A stretch of DNA of 64,000 bases from Cyanophora paradoxa CCMP329 (lineage: Eukaryota > Plantae > Glaucophyta): positions 7,119 through 71,118 of the forward strand of contig QPMI01000289.1 in the NCBI GenBank assembly GCA_004431415.1, read 5' to 3'. Shown here piece by piece: positions 59,440 through 64,000 of this stretch. Under the pieces are notes generated by a model. That model had not been told where the DNA came from. It searched no databases and saw only the letters and a program-made list of their open reading frames with translations. Numbering within the stretch: position 1 is the first letter of the stretch; every line of letters starts with the position of its first letter. A program made the translations under genes and the position numbers.

Positions 59440-62400
59440 TTAAATTGCGACAGCAGTGTAATGAATTGTAACTGGAAATCCTGGTCTGTCAAAAGAACTT
59501 AATGGAACTATGTCAAGCTCACAAGTGAAATAGCTACTGTAAACTTGTTTAAGCCTAACATACATTCGGTAGTAGTAGGCTGTCTCATTGTGTTGTATAC
59601 CGGTTGTTACAATAGGAGGGTTAGCAAAGCTGCTGTTGAAATTAATAGTGAGGTTAAACCTATGGTCAGGGTTTGCCCAAAGATAAGGAGTAGTGTAAAC
59701 ATACGTTCCTGCTTGAATTTTCCCATTAAAGTATGCATTTAGTTGACTGGATAGATCGGCTTCTGTAATACATCTACTGATAGTCTGATTATTGGAAGGG
59801 TTCATAGCATAGAAATTTCTTGCATAAGCATTTCCACGAACAAGTAAAGTTTGATCAAAGTAATTCTGCGAATTGTGGAAAAACCATGTTTCATCAAACA
59901 TAGGTCCTGCTGGTTCTACTATCTGACCCGATCCTACATACATTGTGTTGTTGGCTCTTATGGTGGTAGCTGTGAATGGATCCAGAGTAGGTCGATCTGT
60001 TATATCTCCCCAAAGGTGGGTGTGTGCGAAATCTGTAATTTGGGATTTTGTATGAGTATGAGCAAAGTCTGTAATTTCACCTTTGGTGTGAGTGTGAGCA
60101 AAATCTGTAATCTCACTCTTGACATGAGTGTGTGCAAAATCTGTAATCTCACTCTTGACATGAGTGTGTGCAAAATCTGTAATCTGTGACTTTGTGTGAG
60201 TGTGTGCGAAATCTGTGATTTCAGATTTAAAATGAGTGTGAGCGAAATTCGTAATATCTGCTCTTGTGTGGGTGTGTGCAAAATCTGTTATCTGGGATTT
60301 TGTGTGAGTGTGTGCGAAATCTGTGATCTCTGCTCTTGTGTGGGTGTGTGATCTATTATTAAGATCAAGGAAGCTTCCCGAAAAGGCAACAGGATGCAGA
60401 TTTGCAGCAGTAGGTTTATTTATGAGATCATTATAGTCTCCTGTAAATGAAATGGTTTTCAGTTCACCCCTTCCTACATAATCAGAAGGGAGATCGATTT
60501 TAATTGGCATAATAGCTGGATCATCAGGTATCTCATACTCACCTCCTGGATGTACAACTGGGAATGTTTGATTGCTTTCAGTATGAACAAAGAAGTTGCA
60601 TGCTGTTACTGTTCCATCAATTATCCCACCTGTGAGAGGGAGGTAATTGCCTGTGACTCCTATACCTGCAATGATTGTATTTAGTTCTGTTTCATCTATA
60701 TAGTTCTGGGCTTGAAGGTAATCCTCTGTCACCACTCTTGATATGGTCTCATTGTGAATATTCTTTGCTGCTGCCCTCTGATTAATTTCTAAAACTCCCT
60801 CACCCACTCCACCATTATAATTCGTTTTTATCCATGCCATCTCACATCTCTTGTAGTCATCTCGATGTCCTAAAAGAGCATCAGGTAACAGTCTCTCCCT
60901 GCTGAATATTAATTTTGGTCTTGAACCATCCAAATCACTCACATCAGTAACATTAATTTGGATTGCTGCATCTTTGTCATCATAGTTGACTGGATCAGAT
61001 GGTAGAGATATTAATCCTCCTGTCATTGGGATGTCATCAGCATAGTAACTGGTTAAATAGATACCTGGTTTGGTGTCCAATGCTCCGAAATTTCCACCTG
61101 CTGCAATCATCTGCATTCTTGTAGGGGGTCTAATGTATAATTCACCTTCCATAGTAGTGCCTGCATCAATACCCTTTCGATTGACATAATAATCATTTAG
61201 TTGTAGCCTCTCAGGTATGGTATTACTCTGGTAAAGACTCACACCATGTGGGAAGTCTGTTAGCAGGTTGCCTGCAGATGCAAATTTGGGTTGCTGGTCA
61301 ATTTCACTCCAAGGGTGTCTGTGATTACAGTTGGTGATCTGGGTATAATCATGAGTGTGAGTATCAGGAGGGAAGGTGATAGGTTTGTCCACAATATTCG
61401 ACCAGGCATGTGTGTGATCATCTGGGGGGAAAGTCAATGGTCTGTCCACAATATTTGACCAGGCATGTGTGTGATCAAAGTCTACAATTTGGTCTTTGGT
61501 GTGTGTATGGTTTTCAATCCACCCTATCACAACATTTGAAGTTGGATGATGTGGAAGGTTTGCATTAGATGTAACAGTAAGATAATCAACAGTTATATTA
61601 CTTGCATGAAGGTTACTTGTGTAAAGGTTACTGGTGACAGTTAGGTCCCCTGTGATTGTTCCACCAGTTTTAAGAAGATACTTTGATAATTCAAGAGCAA
61701 GTTCATTTTTCGTTACATAATTTGCAAGCATAGCAAGGGTGACTATATTCACAAGAACAACAGCAGTAAGGTAATCCTCTGTGACCACTCTCGAAATATT
61801 TTCGTTGTGTATGTTTTTTGCAGCCATCCTCTGATTGGATTCCAGAACCCCACCATAATCTGTTTTAATCCATGCAAGCTCTGCCCTCCCATAGTTATCA
61901 TTTGCAGTTCCCACTATGGGAATATACGAATATTTATCTCTGCTGAATACTATCATTGGTCTTGAGCCATCTAAACTGCTTACATCTGCTACATGAACCT
62001 GTATAGCAGAGTTGTAATTTTGGTAGGTTGCTGGGTCTGTTGGGACTCTGAATGTATCTGTGGGAATGTCAGCCTCCATGTAGCTTGACACAAAGATATT
62101 TGGTATGGTTGCTCCTGGTGGTGGTGGGGTTTCAAAAGAGCCTGGTAATGTCCTAATATGAAGTGGTCCTCTCATAGCTGAATTTGCAAGTGTCCCATTC
62201 ACATGTACATAGTGTTCATTCAAAAAAATCCTTTCAGGGACATTGCAAGTCTGGTAAAGAGAAACCCCCAAGTTATCAAGAGGCTCTACCTTTGCAAATT
62301 CTGGTTGGTTATTGATCTCATCCCAAGTGTGTTCATGGTTGCTTGCTGCAAACTTATCTGGAATCCCATCAATTTCTCCCCAATCATGCCTGTGATCCTC

Positions 62401-63222
62401 TGGTGGATACTTTTGAGGTTTGCCTAAGATCTCATCCCAATCATGATTGTGATCCTCTGGGGGATACTTTGCAGGTTTATTATTAATTTGTTCATAATCA
62501 GGAAAGAACTCCCACATCTCAGGTCGAAATCCATCTGGTAATAGTTCCTCATGGGGTTCATAAGGTTGCTCATAATCAACAGCTGGTGGATCATGCCCAT
62601 CTGGCAAATACTCCTCATCAGGTTCATAGTTCTGCTCATACTCAAACTCTTGTGGATCTAAGCCATCTGGTAGTATCTCCTCCTCATTGGGATCAAACTG
62701 ATCATATTCATATTCTTGTGGGTCAAAACCATCTGGTAAATACTCTTCCTCATCTGGAACGAATTGATATTCATCAAGCTCTAATATATCGACTTCAGGA
62801 GGTAAATACTGCTCATCTATTTGCTTTCTGGGTTCAATTATAGGTTTATTGCGAACTTGCTCCCAACTCACAATATGCTGCCCAAAGGCTACATCTTCAG
62901 TTGCTGTGTACTCTCTGCCTGGTTGCTTTTTCGGTGTTAAATCCGGTGGATCCCATGGAAGAGGGAAGGGAACTGGGACAGGTCCATAATACTCAAAGAT
63001 CTCTCTTATGGTCTTCTCACTTACAAGCTTCTCACCATTTGCATACACATTGCTGCCATGGATATTTCGCCATTGCCTGGTTCGAATTCCAAGGTCTTTC
63101 ACATTGCTATACAAAGGCAAAAGGTGCCTATCCATTTCGACTAAATCAGGATGTAAATGGATTGCTACTGGTTGACTGGGGCTACTGTTGATTTGTAATT
63201 GATGGCTTTTTTTGATGGACAT
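59440..63222 (-). CDS. Large fibre/adhesin-like protein (at least 1260 aa) with acidic repeats, a duplicated internal domain, His-x-His repeats and an H-type-lectin-like tip
   Basis: Repeats of about 21 aa (EEYLPDGxDP); H.H.W.EI..KP repeats; two copies of GVSLYQ..PER..DVSxLDGSRP..AWIKT..AAKNIHNE.ISRVVTEDYL; YLxxTGG.I.G motifs; 10 x HTHTKSQITDFA-like; C-terminal INFNSSFANPPIVTTGI. The true start may be upstream at 63751 (frameshifted). Confidence 0.8.
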   Translation of the reverse strand: MSIKKSHQLQINSSPSQPVAIHLHPDLVEMDRHLLPLYSNVKDLGIRTRQWRNIHGSNVYANGEKLVSEKTIREIFEYYGPVPVPFPLPWDPPDLTPKKQPGREYTATEDVAFGQHIVSWEQVRNKPIIEPRKQIDEQYLPPEVDILELDEYQFVPDEEEYLPDGFDPQEYEYDQFDPNEEEILPDGLDPQEFEYEQNYEPDEEYLPDGHDPPAVDYEQPYEPHEELLPDGFRPEMWEFFPDYEQINNKPAKYPPEDHNHDWDEILGKPQKYPPEDHRHDWGEIDGIPDKFAASNHEHTWDEINNQPEFAKVEPLDNLGVSLYQTCNVPERIFLNEHYVHVNGTLANSAMRGPLHIRTLPGSFETPPPPGATIPNIFVSSYMEADIPTDTFRVPTDPATYQNYNSAIQVHVADVSSLDGSRPMIVFSRDKYSYIPIVGTANDNYGRAELAWIKTDYGGVLESNQRMAAKNIHNENISRVVTEDYLTAVVLVNIVTLAMLANYVTKNELALELSKYLLKTGGTITGDLTVTSNLYTSNLHASNITVDYLTVTSNANLPHHPTSNVVIGWIENHTHTKDQIVDFDHTHAWSNIVDRPLTFPPDDHTHAWSNIVDKPITFPPDTHTHDYTQITNCNHRHPWSEIDQQPKFASAGNLLTDFPHGVSLYQSNTIPERLQLNDYYVNRKGIDAGTTMEGELYIRPPTRMQMIAAGGNFGALDTKPGIYLTSYYADDIPMTGGLISLPSDPVNYDDKDAAIQINVTDVSDLDGSRPKLIFSRERLLPDALLGHRDDYKRCEMAWIKTNYNGGVGEGVLEINQRAAAKNIHNETISRVVTEDYLQAQNYIDETELNTIIAGIGVTGNYLPLTGGIIDGTVTACNFFVHTESNQTFPVVHPGGEYEIPDDPAIMPIKIDLPSDYVGRGELKTISFTGDYNDLINKPTAANLHPVAFSGSFLDLNNRSHTHTRAEITDFAHTHTKSQITDFAHTHTRADITNFAHTHFKSEITDFAHTHTKSQITDFAHTHVKSEITDFAHTHVKSEITDFAHTHTKGEITDFAHTHTKSQITDFAHTHLWGDITDRPTLDPFTATTIRANNTMYVGSGQIVEPAGPMFDETWFFHNSQNYFDQTLLVRGNAYARNFYAMNPSNNQTISRCITEADLSSQLNAYFNGKIQAGTYVYTTPYLWANPDHRFNLTINFNSSFANPPIVTTGIQHNETAYYYRMYVRLKQVYSSYFTCELDIVPLSSFDRPGFPVTIHYTAVAI
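59992..60348 (-). repeat. 36-bp coding tandem repeat (about 10 copies, HTHxKSxITDFA)
   Basis: Visible in both DNA and protein. Confidence 0.9.
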
Positions 63223-63751
63223 CTTTGGAGTAAAGAACCCAAAAGGCTCATTCCTTGCAAAGTCATAATGTAATATCCTTGGGTAGACATCATTTGTGTA
63301 GGAGACCTGATTTGTGTTGGCAATGGACCCACTTGCAATACTTGGGGGACCTCAGCTTTTGCAGTGCTGCCCTCATTGTAAATTCGCAAAGCTTGTTCTG
63401 TTTGCCTGCTCATCTGAAATTGAAAATCAATCGACACTATCGAACCTGGAAGGTATATCTGGGTGAGTGCCACTGGTTTTCAGTTTCCTAGGTCTCCTTC
63501 TGGGGCTTTGATCTCTGCCACTTGGTTTGCTTTCACATACTCAAACTAAAAGCAACACTGATCCTCTTTATCTGGATCGGTTTGATTCACAGATAAACAT
63601 GCTGCCCTTGATTGAGTCTTGGATGAATTAATCGGAACTGTGGTCAATTGAACTGAACCTTTACTTTAATATATCAAAAGTTCACATGCTTGGTGCTGCT
63701 TGCATTATCATCTTGAATGGTTTCTAGATTTGGTGGGTAATTGAAGCTCAT
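63223..63751 (-). pseudogene. Frameshifted reading frame, probably the real N-terminus of the large fibre gene
   Basis: ATG at 63751 (MSFNYPPNLETIQDDNASSTKHVNF) is preceded by the same TAGTAAAAG motif as other genes of the element. Coding-like frames continue toward 63222 with several 1-nt shifts. Confidence 0.45.
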
Positions 63752-63795
63752 GGCTTTTACTATATGGATTTATATAAATTCCTGATAAGTAAAAG

Positions 63796-64000
63796 ATGCC
63801 TCAGAAATCGTTTTAGCATTGTCAGGGGGAGGTGCAAGGGGCATTATCATAACCAGGCTGCTAAAAGAAATCGAAAATCGAACTGGCAGAGAATAATCGA
63901 TCTTGTGGATCTTGTAAGTGGAACTTTCCACTGGTGGGATCATTGCAATAGGTTTGAATTAGCATCTCTGATAAACCAGGTGAACCTAAACTGACAGCAA
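63796..64000 (+). pseudogene. Patatin-like phospholipase, 5' part, frameshifted as assembled
   Basis: Joining frames gives MPQK-IVLALSGGGARGIIITRLLKEIENRTG-IIDLVDLVSGT-STGGIIAIGL, which contains the GGGxRG oxyanion loop and the GTSTG nucleophile motif. At least three 1-nt indels are needed. Confidence 0.75.

Larger units (their letters stand above)
53290..64000. mobile_element. AT-rich virus-like element (endogenous dsDNA virus; Polinton-like, virophage or Nucleocytoviricota-related), left end only
   Basis: Sharp switch from very GC-rich to AT-rich DNA at 53290; about 1.25 kb structured non-coding terminus; then intronless, closely packed, co-oriented ORFs with fibre, C1q, Zn-ribbon and patatin signatures. 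Hallmark capsid and replication genes are not in the window. Confidence 0.8.

Noticed and set aside
1-64000. Naming the host species (style is reminiscent of GC-rich, intron-dense algae such as glaucophytes)
   Set aside because: No marker gene in the window allows a supported assignment.

Overview
Eukaryotic (protist- or alga-like) genomic DNA with three distinct compartments. (1) 1-30.6 kb and about 51-53.3 kb: very GC-rich, intron-dense host genes with a CTGAC-like branch motif and frequent GC-AG introns. They encode a membrane PAS-adenylate cyclase (minus strand, runs off the left edge), a cysteine synthase (cysK-like), a tail-to-tail inverted pair of NLR-like NACHT-pentapeptide-WD40 genes, and two hypothetical genes. 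(2) 31.2-50.8 kb: three head-to-tail copies of a 2.3-2.7 kb non-coding element with asymmetric subterminal inverted repeats and a 3' hairpin (rolling-circle-transposon-like). Copy 1 is split by a 12.2 kb LTR retroelement with near-identical LTRs but a decayed interior, and copy 3 carries host-like exon fragments. (3) 53290 to the end: an abrupt switch to AT-rich, intronless, gene-dense virus-like DNA that interrupts a host gene. It starts with a 286 bp hairpin-like terminus and duplicated iteron-like palindromes. It encodes an AdoMet decarboxylase, a DUF723-like Zn-ribbon protein, four paralogous fibre proteins sharing an N-terminal module with different tips, a small phage-type fibre-associated protein, a fibre of at least 1260 aa with His-x-His repeats, and a frameshifted patatin. 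No capsid, packaging ATPase, polymerase or integrase gene lies in the window, so the virus class is not determined. Comparing duplicated segments suggests a mutational process that creates short perfect palindromes. Most long ORFs in the supplied track over the GC-rich part are artefacts of GC content and introns. All family assignments come from motif recognition, not database searches; exon boundaries were read by eye.
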